36,725 nt of DNA from a virus, in the IMG/VR virus record IMGVR_UViG_3300009784_000004; one strand, written 5' to 3'. Each line of letters starts with the position of its first letter. Within the stretch, counting starts at the first letter, position 1. Below, piece by piece: positions 7,995-17,274 of the stretch. The notes beneath the pieces are model-generated. The model made no database searches, was not told where the DNA came from, and saw nothing but the letters and a program-made list of their open reading frames with translations. The position numbers were made by a program, and so were the translations under genes.

Positions 7995-9133
7995 CGTCGC
8001 GCCTCCAATCTCTTGAGCCTCTCGTTTTGCTCTCGTTGCTGCGCCGCGAGATGACCAGCAGCAGCGAGTGAAAGTTTGAGCGCCTTCGGTTGGTCGATCC
8101 GCAGCAGACCGTCCGGCCCACGCATGACAGCCGATCCGGTGATGTCGTTGCGCGCCATCCGCTGCGCCATCGGTCCGACATTCTGCTCTCCCACGACTTG
8201 CCCCTGCGACTCAGCGAAGCCAGGGAGGTAGCTGTATTCATATGGCTCGAGACCCTCTTCAAGCGCTCGGCCCATATCTACATTACGGATACCTTGCTTC
8301 ATCCGCTCGTCGCTGCCTAAAGCCGCGAAGGCACCAATAGTAGATATCAACGCCTTGCCGTACCCGAGCGCCCTGTCCCAACCAGATTGTTTATTTTTCT
8401 CATCAATTGCCCCCACCTGTTGCTCGACCCCGCGCTGCTGCAATTGCGATTGTAGGTCCGCATTCTGCGCATTGTATCCCATCTGCTCATATCCGAGTTG
8501 CTTTTGGGCATTGAGTTGACGCTGTGTCATCTCAGATTGCGCCTGTGCGGTTGCCTGCTGCTGGTAGAGTTGTTGCGCGGTCAGGTCCTGCGTACCCATC
8601 GCGCCCGCCCCTTGACCGTAAGCATTGCGTGCTGTCGAGAGCTCGCCGGTTCTTGCATTGCCGTACTGCATGGCACCAGAAAGTTGCTGTTGCTGCATTG
8701 CCTGCAGCGACTGCGCATTTGCCGCCGCCTGCGCGAGGGAGCCACCCTTTGCGGCCGCCTGCGCCGTCAGCTGGCTTGCGAGCGATTGGCCCGCCACGCC
8801 TCCACCAAGGATGGCGGCCTGCGAGGGCGCTTGTCCGTTTGCCGACTGCTGCAGCAACGCGAGCGCTTGCTGCTGCGTGGCGCGATCTTGAAGCGCCTGC
8901 GCCGCAACTTCGTTCGCGCCGGAGAAATCAGCCTGGTAGGCCTGCTGCTGGGACGCCGCCCCTGCAAGACTCCGATATCTATTGACGTCCTGGTCGGAGC
9001 CAGAATATCCGATCAGGTTGCCGTCTTTGTCGTATTGCGGAGTACCAATATATCCACCAAACGCGAAACGATCGTAGAGCGGATCTTGCGTCGTCCCGTC
9101 CGAGTTGGTGCCATACAAAGTTGGGTCAAACAT
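7991..9133 (-). CDS. Gln/Ala-rich fibre-like protein with a C-terminal S74-type intramolecular chaperone (autoproteolytic) domain
   Basis: 380 aa from the ATG at 9133 (RBS GGTGGGAG). The C-terminal ~108 aa begin GSDERMKQGIRNV...LEPYEYSY...VGPMAQRMA...DGLLRIDQ...LKRLEA. This matches the SDxRxK ... Y.Y ... G.iAQ ... dG.l.vdy ... Le pattern of the endosialidase chaperone domain (Peptidase_S74). Confidence 0.7.
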   Translation of the reverse strand: MFDPTLYGTNSDGTTQDPLYDRFAFGGYIGTPQYDKDGNLIGYSGSDQDVNRYRSLAGAASQQQAYQADFSGANEVAAQALQDRATQQQALALLQQSANGQAPSQAAILGGGVAGQSLASQLTAQAAAKGGSLAQAAANAQSLQAMQQQQLSGAMQYGNARTGELSTARNAYGQGAGAMGTQDLTAQQLYQQQATAQAQSEMTQRQLNAQKQLGYEQMGYNAQNADLQSQLQQRGVEQQVGAIDEKNKQSGWDRALGYGKALISTIGAFAALGSDERMKQGIRNVDMGRALEEGLEPYEYSYLPGFAESQGQVVGEQNVGPMAQRMARNDITGSAVMRGPDGLLRIDQPKALKLSLAAAGHLAAQQREQNERLKRLEARR

Positions 9134-9134
9134 A

Positions 9135-10172
9135 TCAGCTCCCACCTACGGCTTGAGCAAGACTCAAACGACGAACTCGGAACTTCATCCGCTCGTCGCT
9201 GCCCATGGCCGCGCCCGCGCCAAGGCCAGATCCAACCATACTGGCGCCATATCCGATCAGATTCTGTATACGATTCAGGTCTTGTTGATTCGCTTGTTGA
9301 TTGACGTCGTAGACTCCAAACTCGATCTGCTGGTTCTTGAGCGCCGCCTGCTGTGCCGCGTCGTTGACGTTGTAACCCAACTGCTCATATCCCATCTGGG
9401 CTTGTTGGTTGATTTGGCGTTGCTGCAACTCGTTCTGTTGCTGTGAAAGCGTCTGCTGCTGCGTGAGGTTCATGCTCGAGTAGTCGCCCTGCCGGACGTT
9501 GTTTGCGTCCTGCATATACTGTTGTCGAGCCTGCGCTTGTTCTGCTGCCTGTTGCGCTGCAATCTGTTGGTTGCCCGTCTGCATGTAGCTGCCCTGCGTC
9601 CCTTGCTGTTGGCGCATTGCTGCTGCCTGCGCGAGGGAGCCGCCGCGCATGCTCATCGCGCCCGCACGCTGTGCCTGCGCTCCTTGTTGCAGCATCTGTT
9701 GTGACAATTGCGTAGCCTGTGTTGGAGCTCCGTTGGCCACCGCAGCATCCAAGTTCATCGCGTCGACTTGTGAGGCGCGCGCCGCGTCGCCCAACGATGC
9801 ATATTGGTTCGCCGCGGAGAAGTTTGTTTGGTACGCGGGCACCGCCGCGGCCGCCTGCGCGAGACTCTGATACCGTGCGACGTCTGCCGATTGCCCGCTG
9901 GCCGTTGGGTCGTTGACAAGCTTACTGGTGTTCGGATCGACAAAAACCGTCGACGTGTAGCCGCCCCAAACAGGCTCGTCTCCCGCAACGAACCCGGCCT
10001 TTGTCGGCGTATCGTTTGTGGCGCGCGTGGTCGTGTTGCCGGAAACGTCCGAATAGTAAATGGGGTTTGACCCGCGATATTGATGATAAAGGGCGTAGTC
10101 TTGCGCTGTTTGCGGAGAGAACGCCTTCGTGAGTTGCTTGCCAATCGAAGGGAGCGATCCAATCGTGTCCAC
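9135..10172 (-). CDS. Gln/Ala-rich fibre-like paralog ending 15 aa after a GSDERMK motif (no chaperone domain)
   Basis: 345 aa from the GTG at 10172 (GAAAGGAAGGGG RBS, 2 nt after the nozzle gene stop). Clear paralog of 7991-9133: ARYQSLAQAA vs NRYRSLAGAA, GGSLAQAAA in both, QMGYEQLGYN vs QLGYEQMGYN, GSDERMK in both. Confidence 0.65.
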   Translation of the reverse strand: MDTIGSLPSIGKQLTKAFSPQTAQDYALYHQYRGSNPIYYSDVSGNTTTRATNDTPTKAGFVAGDEPVWGGYTSTVFVDPNTSKLVNDPTASGQSADVARYQSLAQAAAAVPAYQTNFSAANQYASLGDAARASQVDAMNLDAAVANGAPTQATQLSQQMLQQGAQAQRAGAMSMRGGSLAQAAAMRQQQGTQGSYMQTGNQQIAAQQAAEQAQARQQYMQDANNVRQGDYSSMNLTQQQTLSQQQNELQQRQINQQAQMGYEQLGYNVNDAAQQAALKNQQIEFGVYDVNQQANQQDLNRIQNLIGYGASMVGSGLGAGAAMGSDERMKFRVRRLSLAQAVGGS

Positions 10173-10173
10173 G

Positions 10174-13100
10174 TCACCCCTTCCTTTCTGCGGCTGGATG
10201 CTTGAATCCCTTCTTGGTCCCGACCTCGAGGCCAAAGGTTTCGAGCACGGGCCCCTTGCCCGTAGTGAGCACAAGTCCGTTCGACGGCGCCGAGTCCGAG
10301 AAACGGAAACGAATCTGCCTTGCCTTGCGGCGCGCCCCAATCATGACCTGGCAATGTTCAAGTTTTCCCGGCGATGTCACTGCCGAACCTGCTTCGAACG
10401 TGTGCGTCTGCGTGAATGCGTCCTCGCCGTCAAAGGCAATATCGACCGTGAGATCATGGTGGTCTTGCGACACCCCTTCGAGCACCAGTCGGCGCACCGA
10501 CTGGAACGAGAGCGGCGAAGACATGGTGGTAGGAACCGTGCCCGGGGCAACGTCGGCCGCTGCCGCGTCGTAATCCGTCGTCTCGATAACTATCGGGACG
10601 TAATGGGTATCATCCTGATTTGTCGTTTCTTCCTCCACGAGCACCGTGCCAAGCGGCGTCACGAGCGTGTACTGGTCCCGGTATATGCACGCGTCCGCGA
10701 ACGGGGTGCCGTAGACACCATCCGCCCAATACTTCGATGTTGCCCATTGGTTCTCGGCATAGTCCCAAACGAGAACCAGGCCACTTGTGCCGTCTGAGGT
10801 GTTGCACGTGAAGCGCACGTGGCTCGTGTTGGCACTCGCTACCAATACCGCGCTCGTCACGTCATGGTATTGTGCAAGTGTCTCGCGGACGGGGCGGCCA
10901 ACCCATGACACTTCGAGTGCGCGACTCAAAAGCTGAAGTCCTTTGGTCGACTGGAAGAGAACTCCTACGGGCGTGCTGATAACACTACGCGGATTGATGC
11001 ATCCTGCATCGGTTGGGATCTCGAACGGTCCCTGCAGATCGCTATTTTGCCCGTTCGCCGCCGGACCTTGACCGATGATGTACTGCATCCAATTCCGGCC
11101 AAAAACAACGAGTTTGTCGTCGAGCGAAGCGAGTGCGACAACCTCACGCTCGAAGGCAAACCGAAACGCTCCCGACGCAAACCCCGGCGCCGTCCCCTCA
11201 TCGTCGAGGAACGATTTGGTGAACCATACCTCGTGCCTCGAGCCGTCGACGATCCAAAGCCGGTTCATGTGCAAGGTCATCGTCGTTTGTGCCGGCGGTT
11301 GCTCGTCTGCCAAATCCCCGCCTTGCGTGTAGATTGCAGGCCTTTCCGCGAGCGCAATACCATTGCCGATATCCCCATCCGCAATCGTGTCAACGAGGTG
11401 AGAAAGCTGCGCGCTCCCGTCGTTGAGCACCATGTTGAAGGATGGCGGAATCGACAATTGTTGCGGGTTCGCCTGTCCCATAGGAGTTCGGTACGCCGTG
11501 AGGTAGTACCACCCCGATGGATCGACCGGCCCCTTGTTGCCGACCGTAATCGAATTTAGGTCAACCAGTGTCTGGTAGTTCGCGTTTGCAAGAGTAAACG
11601 GTTTGGAGAGGAGCGCTGGCGGGCTTCGGTATTTGAGTCCTGAAGCCGAATAGTATTCAGCCACAAAACCATAAACATAATCGCCCGCCTGCATGCTGCC
11701 GCCCGCCATGCCTTCTTTGATGTCGGCGATGGTTGGCTCGCGCGAAAAGCCGTAGTCGAAAACCTGCTGCCCGTCGTAGACAGACAGAAGCCCTCCCGTG
11801 ATGAATATCTCTCGGTTGTACGACACGACACGGTCCGCATCCTTTGGACGGTTTGCGCCCATCGTCACGGACAGCAGCCTGAGCCCGCACATCTGCGATT
11901 CGCTACGGTTCTGCGAGAGATCGAGCTGATATGGGATTAGCGAGACAGCTTCGGTCGGGAGAGTGCATGCATGAGGGGGGCGAGGAAATGGGCCGCCGGC
12001 GATAGAAGTGTCGATGCGGCCGACATAATGGTGTGTCCCGGTCGCGTCCGGCACTTGCTGCGTGGCTACCAGGAGATAAGAGTTTGGCGTTTGCGTGATC
12101 GCCTCTGTCGAGGAAAACGCATCAACTACGGCGAACGTCGGAGTTAGCCCGGTGTCGAGGATACCCGTGAGCGGAAGAACGTTCGCCGTGTGCGTTGGCG
12201 AGTACATGAATCCGTCTGGCGTGACGATGCATGTTGCGGTATACGGCGCGGAAGTGTCGGCATATCCAACCCATGCCGCGGACGTCTTAGCCACGATCGA
12301 GAAGGGTGTTGCCGGCACCGCATCAATCGTAATGGGGCCCGTAGCCTGAATGAGCGAAAGCGGATCATGTGTCGTCATCCGCACCGCGCTGCCGTTCGAG
12401 TACGCAACCCAAACCTGGCTCTCGTCTGCATCTACCACGGGAGACGAACATGCTGTGGCTTCGCCTGCGGCTGAAACCGTTCCAATCGACACGGGAGGGC
12501 CGCCGCCAAACGAATAGGAGAAGCGCTGCACCCTTACCAGGTGAGTCACAATATCGACGTACGCAACGATGAATCCACCAAGAGCTGGGCAAACGTCGAA
12601 GTCCAAGGCTCCAGAAATGAGAACGGAATCGGCCGGAAAGGACGGGTCGACATCAAGGGCGGAGGTGCTCACGGCGTTGACCAAGATGTTGCTTTCGGCG
12701 TGTGTCAACATGACTGCCGTCGTGGCATCGACGCTGGCCACGCGAACAACTCCCATCGAAATGCCGAAGCGGAACGGACCCGCGATTCTCGATTTCGAAG
12801 CGGTGTCGAAAATGCCAAGCCACGACAAGCCGAAACTAGAATTCGCTGCATCTCCGTCAATCCAGCCCACAACAAGGTGCGGGCCGCAGGCGGCTAGGTC
12901 TGCACACGCAACGCCGGCCGATGACGCAAGGATGGTATCCCATGTCAACCCTGGTTTTGGTCGGTATTCGACCAAAACCCATTGCTCAAGATTTGGCTCG
13001 TAAGCAAATACTTCTCCGGTCGGCGCAAGAAGAACGAGCTGGTCGCCGCGCGCTCCAATCCTCGACGCAGAAGGGATGGCCGTCGATCCACTCCCGGGCG

Positions 13101-13269
13101 CCATCGCTTTCGACAGCGATCTGGTTCCTGCCCTTTTTTCGAGGGCATTCCCTCGCGTCCACCTCACGTTTTCCGCTCGCGCGAGCGTGCCGAACGGGTC
13201 ATGGATCGATGACGTGCCCTCAGACAAGCCCGCCTTGAACGAGGTCTTGATGGTCTGAAATTGAAGCAT
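10174..13269 (-). CDS. Tail tubular protein B / nozzle protein (T7 gp12-like), 1031 aa
   Basis: The N-terminus MLQFQTIKTSFKAGLSEG...NVRWTRGNALEKRAG parallels T7 gp12 (SQSIKNLKGGISQQ...NGWSSETEGLQKRP) as I remember it. Size and position after the capsid and adaptor genes fit. Confidence 0.6.
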   Translation of the reverse strand: MLQFQTIKTSFKAGLSEGTSSIHDPFGTLARAENVRWTRGNALEKRAGTRSLSKAMAPGSGSTAIPSASRIGARGDQLVLLAPTGEVFAYEPNLEQWVLVEYRPKPGLTWDTILASSAGVACADLAACGPHLVVGWIDGDAANSSFGLSWLGIFDTASKSRIAGPFRFGISMGVVRVASVDATTAVMLTHAESNILVNAVSTSALDVDPSFPADSVLISGALDFDVCPALGGFIVAYVDIVTHLVRVQRFSYSFGGGPPVSIGTVSAAGEATACSSPVVDADESQVWVAYSNGSAVRMTTHDPLSLIQATGPITIDAVPATPFSIVAKTSAAWVGYADTSAPYTATCIVTPDGFMYSPTHTANVLPLTGILDTGLTPTFAVVDAFSSTEAITQTPNSYLLVATQQVPDATGTHHYVGRIDTSIAGGPFPRPPHACTLPTEAVSLIPYQLDLSQNRSESQMCGLRLLSVTMGANRPKDADRVVSYNREIFITGGLLSVYDGQQVFDYGFSREPTIADIKEGMAGGSMQAGDYVYGFVAEYYSASGLKYRSPPALLSKPFTLANANYQTLVDLNSITVGNKGPVDPSGWYYLTAYRTPMGQANPQQLSIPPSFNMVLNDGSAQLSHLVDTIADGDIGNGIALAERPAIYTQGGDLADEQPPAQTTMTLHMNRLWIVDGSRHEVWFTKSFLDDEGTAPGFASGAFRFAFEREVVALASLDDKLVVFGRNWMQYIIGQGPAANGQNSDLQGPFEIPTDAGCINPRSVISTPVGVLFQSTKGLQLLSRALEVSWVGRPVRETLAQYHDVTSAVLVASANTSHVRFTCNTSDGTSGLVLVWDYAENQWATSKYWADGVYGTPFADACIYRDQYTLVTPLGTVLVEEETTNQDDTHYVPIVIETTDYDAAAADVAPGTVPTTMSSPLSFQSVRRLVLEGVSQDHHDLTVDIAFDGEDAFTQTHTFEAGSAVTSPGKLEHCQVMIGARRKARQIRFRFSDSAPSNGLVLTTGKGPVLETFGLEVGTKKGFKHPAAERKG

Positions 13270-13640
13270 CAGGGACTTTGCCCTTTCGACGCATCAACGG
13301 GGTTCGATGATCGAGGATAAAACCACAAATCGAGAACGCACGTTTCGTTCGCGATGAGAGCGAGCTGCGAGAGCTCGTCGAAACTGATACCGGCCGCCTC
13401 TGCGAGAGCAACGGGGAACCCTCTCGCATCGTAGTTCTGGCGCACAGCCATGCACGCTGCTGGCATGCCAAGCCCATGGTTTACAATTTTTGGCACCCCG
13501 CCAGAAAGCGCCACGCTCACAAGGCGTCCAAATGAAAACGGCGTCTGCTGCGCAGCGAGAGATTGCGCGGTCCGCTGTGCCTGGTCACCCACGAACGAGC
13601 CCGTATGCACTCGCCTGTAGGGCACACGTACCGGCTTCAT
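13269..13640 (-). CDS. Hypothetical virion protein (123 aa)
   Basis: ATG at 13640 forms an ATGA overlap with the upstream stop. A GTG at 13649 is an alternative start. No domain recognised. Confidence 0.5.
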   Translation of the reverse strand: MKPVRVPYRRVHTGSFVGDQAQRTAQSLAAQQTPFSFGRLVSVALSGGVPKIVNHGLGMPAACMAVRQNYDARGFPVALAEAAGISFDELSQLALIANETCVLDLWFYPRSSNPVDASKGQSP

Positions 13641-14323
13641 GGCCACCACCCGTAGACCCTGCCCGGTGCGCCAAACCCATGCGATTCGTCAACGTCCTGC
13701 ACCCTCTCCGGCTGCAGCATGTCCCGGTACGCAGAGAGAGAGTCGATATGACCATAAACTCTTTCCTTCTGCGAAAGATAAAAACCAGGATCGCTCTCTT
13801 CCTTTGCAAGCACCGTTGCGCATGCGCCGTATATGGCCGCCACCTCATATCCGTTGTAGCCGTCAAAAACATCGGACGGGTTGACGAGACGAATGCTCGC
13901 GGGCGTGTAGTAGACAGTTGCCGTATACGAGAGTGTCTTCGGTAAGAACTCAATGTTGTTTGCCTGCACTCGATACCTCGCCGCTTGGAAGGGCGAGATG
14001 GCAATGTTGCTCGAGAGGAAGCCGTGTTGAACAGGCCCAAACGAAAGCATGGGCGCAGTGATCCCGCCGTACGTCGCTGTCACTTCCTGTGCTGCCCAAA
14101 AATCAGAAGGCAAAGAGTAAAGCGACGTTGGCGGTCGAACATCAAAGACGATCTGACTGCGCAAGAAGGGTTGCCCCTGGTTGCGCGTGAGCCGGCCATG
14201 CAGCTCGGCGAGCTCTTGATTTAGATATTCCGTAAGCTCCGCGTCCGTCACAAACTGCGAGTTCTCTTGATTCGTCCTTTGGCGGATATCAAGAAGCATG
14301 TCCTGCAGCGAACGCGGTCTCAT
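13637..14323 (-). CDS. Putative head-tail adaptor (T7 gp11 position), 228 aa
   Basis: GAGGTGA RBS. Located between the capsid accessory genes and the nozzle gene. Assignment is by position only. Confidence 0.4.
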   Translation of the reverse strand: MRPRSLQDMLLDIRQRTNQENSQFVTDAELTEYLNQELAELHGRLTRNQGQPFLRSQIVFDVRPPTSLYSLPSDFWAAQEVTATYGGITAPMLSFGPVQHGFLSSNIAISPFQAARYRVQANNIEFLPKTLSYTATVYYTPASIRLVNPSDVFDGYNGYEVAAIYGACATVLAKEESDPGFYLSQKERVYGHIDSLSAYRDMLQPERVQDVDESHGFGAPGRVYGWWP

Positions 14324-14327
14324 GGGA

Positions 14328-14561
14328 TCACCTCACGCTCAAGACGGCGGCGCGGAAGGCCTCGACGAAGGCTTGTCGATCGCCTCGTTGTGACGCCTCG
14401 TAGAGTTCGTCGATGGCCGCCGAGCTCTCGTCATCGTCGCCGTCGTCGCCCAATTCGAGATCACTCTCGCTTGGGCGGTCGCTCTCTGAGTCGTCACCGC
14501 CGCGAGATTTTCGCGACTGCGAAATCACGACGGCAAGACTCGGTTTCTTCTCGTCGCTCAC
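14328..14561 (-). CDS. Small highly acidic protein (77 aa)
   Basis: GTG at 14561 forms a GTGA overlap with the upstream stop; the ORF-track start is a TTG at 14573. Asp/Glu/Ser-rich (DDSESDRPSESDLELGDDGDDDESS). Confidence 0.45.
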   Translation of the reverse strand: MSDEKKPSLAVVISQSRKSRGGDDSESDRPSESDLELGDDGDDDESSAAIDELYEASQRGDRQAFVEAFRAAVLSVR

Positions 14562-14959
14562 TTGACGCCCCAATATCCGTTGCGGAATGCAACGAAGAGC
14601 ATGATGGTCGACGTGGGATCATCGAGCGGTGTGCCGTCCGCATTCCACGTGTAGACATCAAAGGAGATGGGCGTTTGTGACGCCTCGTTGCGGACGTTAC
14701 CCGCCGTGGCGTATGCGCCTGCGCCCGCTGCTGTCGATTCGGCAACGGTTGCCGAAATCGAAATGAGGCGATTGAATGTATCCTGCAAGTTGACCGTGAA
14801 CTTGTTTGTTCCGGCTACGTGCGTAATCGAAGTTACCGCGTTCGCCCCATCAACCGCGCTTTGTGGAACGGAGGTGCCGGCACCTTGAGCGACGAATTGA
14901 AACTCGAGATAAATGCGACTCGAGCCGAAAGACTGAGACGGATAAAGGGTCCGGTTCAT
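14558..14959 (-). CDS. Beta-rich small structural protein, possible capsid decoration/accessory protein (133 aa)
   Basis: GAGGTG RBS, immediately downstream of the major capsid gene. Function assigned by position only. Confidence 0.4.
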   Translation of the reverse strand: MNRTLYPSQSFGSSRIYLEFQFVAQGAGTSVPQSAVDGANAVTSITHVAGTNKFTVNLQDTFNRLISISATVAESTAAGAGAYATAGNVRNEASQTPISFDVYTWNADGTPLDDPTSTIMLFVAFRNGYWGVK

Positions 14960-14968
14960 CGCGACACC

Positions 14969-16207
14969 TCACAACAAGCCAACGGCGTTCCAGCCGGGAG
15001 CATTGCAGCCGATGTTGCCGTAATACCCAATACGGATCTGGTACGAATCCGTTGTTGGATTACGAAGAAGACGAAGCCCGTCGCCGGACTCGCCAAGAAC
15101 ACGCGGCGCCTCAAGAAGGGACTTGAACGTCCACGTGGAGAGGGTGAGCATGTAAAACTGCCCAGTTGGACAATTGTTGTCTGAGATGATGTCGAGCGGG
15201 CCCTTGGGCCCGTGCATCTGAAGCCCCGTAACACCAATGTCCGCATCGGGGAGTTGGGAATTCAGAATGATAACCTTGCTCCCCAGCGCGATTGATATGT
15301 TCGCGAAATCTAGGGGATTGACCACGATCAAGTCCGGTTTGCCACCCTCGAGAACGAGACGTGCGGCGCACTTCTGGATCGTCTCTTCGATTGGTCCGCC
15401 CTGGGTCTTCGTCCACCTCAAACCCGAAAGACGAGTGACATCAACCGAACGGTCGATGCCAAAGAAGTTGTCTCCGGGCGCCGGCGGCACCATGGGAATC
15501 CAGCCCGCAAGCCCGGTAGGCAACGAGCGTGGAGTCTCGAAATCTCCGTTTTGGAAGATGTAGTCTCCGATGGCGGCAGTGGGGATTGCGGTGCTGATCG
15601 GCGCACTCAAGGTGAGAATGCCATTCTCTCGGTCAACTGCCGTGACCTGCACAACACCAGTCTCTTTGATTCCTGTCGTTCCGTCCGTGGCGGCGAGATT
15701 GAGCTGCATATTGATCTCGAAATTGACTACGCTGTTTGGGTCGGCCAATATGAGCTGATTCGTCGTGAGGACGGTCGTGGCACCAATCCTTCCGCGTGAC
15801 CCGCCACCGTTACCAAATAGCGTATTCGCGATCGAACGACCGGCCGTGTAAAACGCATTACTGATTTCGCTCTTCATGCCGTCGAGCATGCTGAAGTCGC
15901 CAAGCTTGGCGGCGTCGACCATGTCCCCGGCGATGTTCGCGAACACATAATCGCGAGCTCGCGGAACGTTCACGGCGCTGTAGACGGACGGCGTCGCGTT
16001 GGCTTGGCCTACAGCGAACGCCGCGCCTCGGCCCTGCGGGCTGCCGTACTGGAATGCGATCTGCCAGTTGAGGCCGCCGAACTTCGTGTTCTTCGCCATG
16101 CGGGCAAAGAGCGTCGATTCGCCGTAACAAATGTTATTTACGGTTCGTGGGTCATATTGAATTTTTAGAACTCGACCTAATGCGAGTTCGTCCAACGTGT
16201 CAGACAT
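14969..16207 (-). CDS. Major capsid protein (412 aa)
   Basis: Size, position after the scaffold gene, CCGGAGG RBS, and composition typical of abundant structural proteins. Fold not verified. Confidence 0.65.
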   Translation of the reverse strand: MSDTLDELALGRVLKIQYDPRTVNNICYGESTLFARMAKNTKFGGLNWQIAFQYGSPQGRGAAFAVGQANATPSVYSAVNVPRARDYVFANIAGDMVDAAKLGDFSMLDGMKSEISNAFYTAGRSIANTLFGNGGGSRGRIGATTVLTTNQLILADPNSVVNFEINMQLNLAATDGTTGIKETGVVQVTAVDRENGILTLSAPISTAIPTAAIGDYIFQNGDFETPRSLPTGLAGWIPMVPPAPGDNFFGIDRSVDVTRLSGLRWTKTQGGPIEETIQKCAARLVLEGGKPDLIVVNPLDFANISIALGSKVIILNSQLPDADIGVTGLQMHGPKGPLDIISDNNCPTGQFYMLTLSTWTFKSLLEAPRVLGESGDGLRLLRNPTTDSYQIRIGYYGNIGCNAPGWNAVGLL

Positions 16208-16257
16208 AACGTCCTCCGGATTGAGCGGTGGTTGTCACCGCGCAGCCGGACGAGCGA

Positions 16258-17274
16258 TTAGGTCGGGTGGAAGGCTTCCCTCAGAATACGAAGTGACGCC
16301 TCGTCCTTTTCGGCCGACGTCATCTTGCGCGGAGGGGACGCCCGCTCTCCCGACGCCGTCGTCGTCAGAGTGCGCGGACCATCGGCCCTATCCGTTGGCC
16401 GTTGTATCAGTGTCTTCTCCGCATTGTTGCTGCCATTCCCTGGCATCGGAGCAAGCTTGCTCCACGCATCCACACGTGACGAGCGTTGCTTGGCCATCTC
16501 TTCGAGAAGCCCTGCAACGTAGTCGTTGTCTGGATCTTCGCCGTGTTCTTCCTTGTAGGCGACCCGATGCTTATCTGCGAGTTGAAGTCCGTAAAAAGCA
16601 ACTTCTTCCGGGGTGAACTCTTTTCGAATATTTGGATATTTCGTGACATTACCGGCCACGAGCATGACAAAATCGCGTTGTGCCTCGCGAATCGAATATT
16701 GTGTTTGCGCCTGCTGCTTCTCGGCTTTCTCGGCCGCGAGCTCGCGACGAATGACGGCAAGCTCCTCGCGGAGCGCCGCAGTCTCGGTCTTCGTCTCTTC
16801 GCGCGCCGTCGCTACGAGCTGCGACGGATCATGTTCCGTCGCGAGCATCTCAAGAAATTTCTTTGGCTCGATCCCCGAGAGCTCGAGGAGCTTCGATGGC
16901 GACATCTTCGCCGCCTTCGCGCGCTCGGCAAACTCTTTGTCCGACCGCAATTGCGCACGCTCTTGTTCGATTTGTGCGCGCTCCTCATTCAGCTTTTTTC
17001 GGGCTTCCGCAGCCCGTAAGTCAGCTTTGCGAGCTGCAAGAATACGAACAGACACACGGTCGTCAGTCTTCGCCGCCTCGCCTGCCGGCGCATCTGCTGC
17101 TGTCGCTGCATGCTCTCCTCCTGCCGAAGGAGAAGCGGGATTAGAGGCATTGGGACCCTCTTTAAGCTTCTTTGCCGCTTCAGGGAATACTCGTTCAATC
17201 GCGGACTTGAAGTCCGCTTGCGATTCCGTTTCCGCAGTTTGCGGCTGCGCGTTCGTAGTTGCTACGTCTGTCAT
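16258..17274 (-). CDS. Scaffolding protein (338 aa)
   Basis: Highly charged, helical, Ala/Glu/Lys/Arg-rich. Lies between the portal and capsid genes. GGAGG RBS and ATGA overlap with the portal stop. Confidence 0.65.
   Translation of the reverse strand: MTDVATTNAQPQTAETESQADFKSAIERVFPEAAKKLKEGPNASNPASPSAGGEHAATAADAPAGEAAKTDDRVSVRILAARKADLRAAEARKKLNEERAQIEQERAQLRSDKEFAERAKAAKMSPSKLLELSGIEPKKFLEMLATEHDPSQLVATAREETKTETAALREELAVIRRELAAEKAEKQQAQTQYSIREAQRDFVMLVAGNVTKYPNIRKEFTPEEVAFYGLQLADKHRVAYKEEHGEDPDNDYVAGLLEEMAKQRSSRVDAWSKLAPMPGNGSNNAEKTLIQRPTDRADGPRTLTTTASGERASPPRKMTSAEKDEASLRILREAFHPT

Noticed and set aside
10173-10340. N-terminal extensions of ORF-track entries: 9135-10340, and likewise 1681-1980, 1069-1356, 26622-27146, 28849-29163, 29249-29953, 30054-30272, 30743-31024, 32758-33768, 33735-34217 and 34570-34926.
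   Set aside because: The extensions overlap upstream genes or promoter elements and are Arg-rich. Internal starts with good SD sequences or ATGA/GTGA coupling are available.
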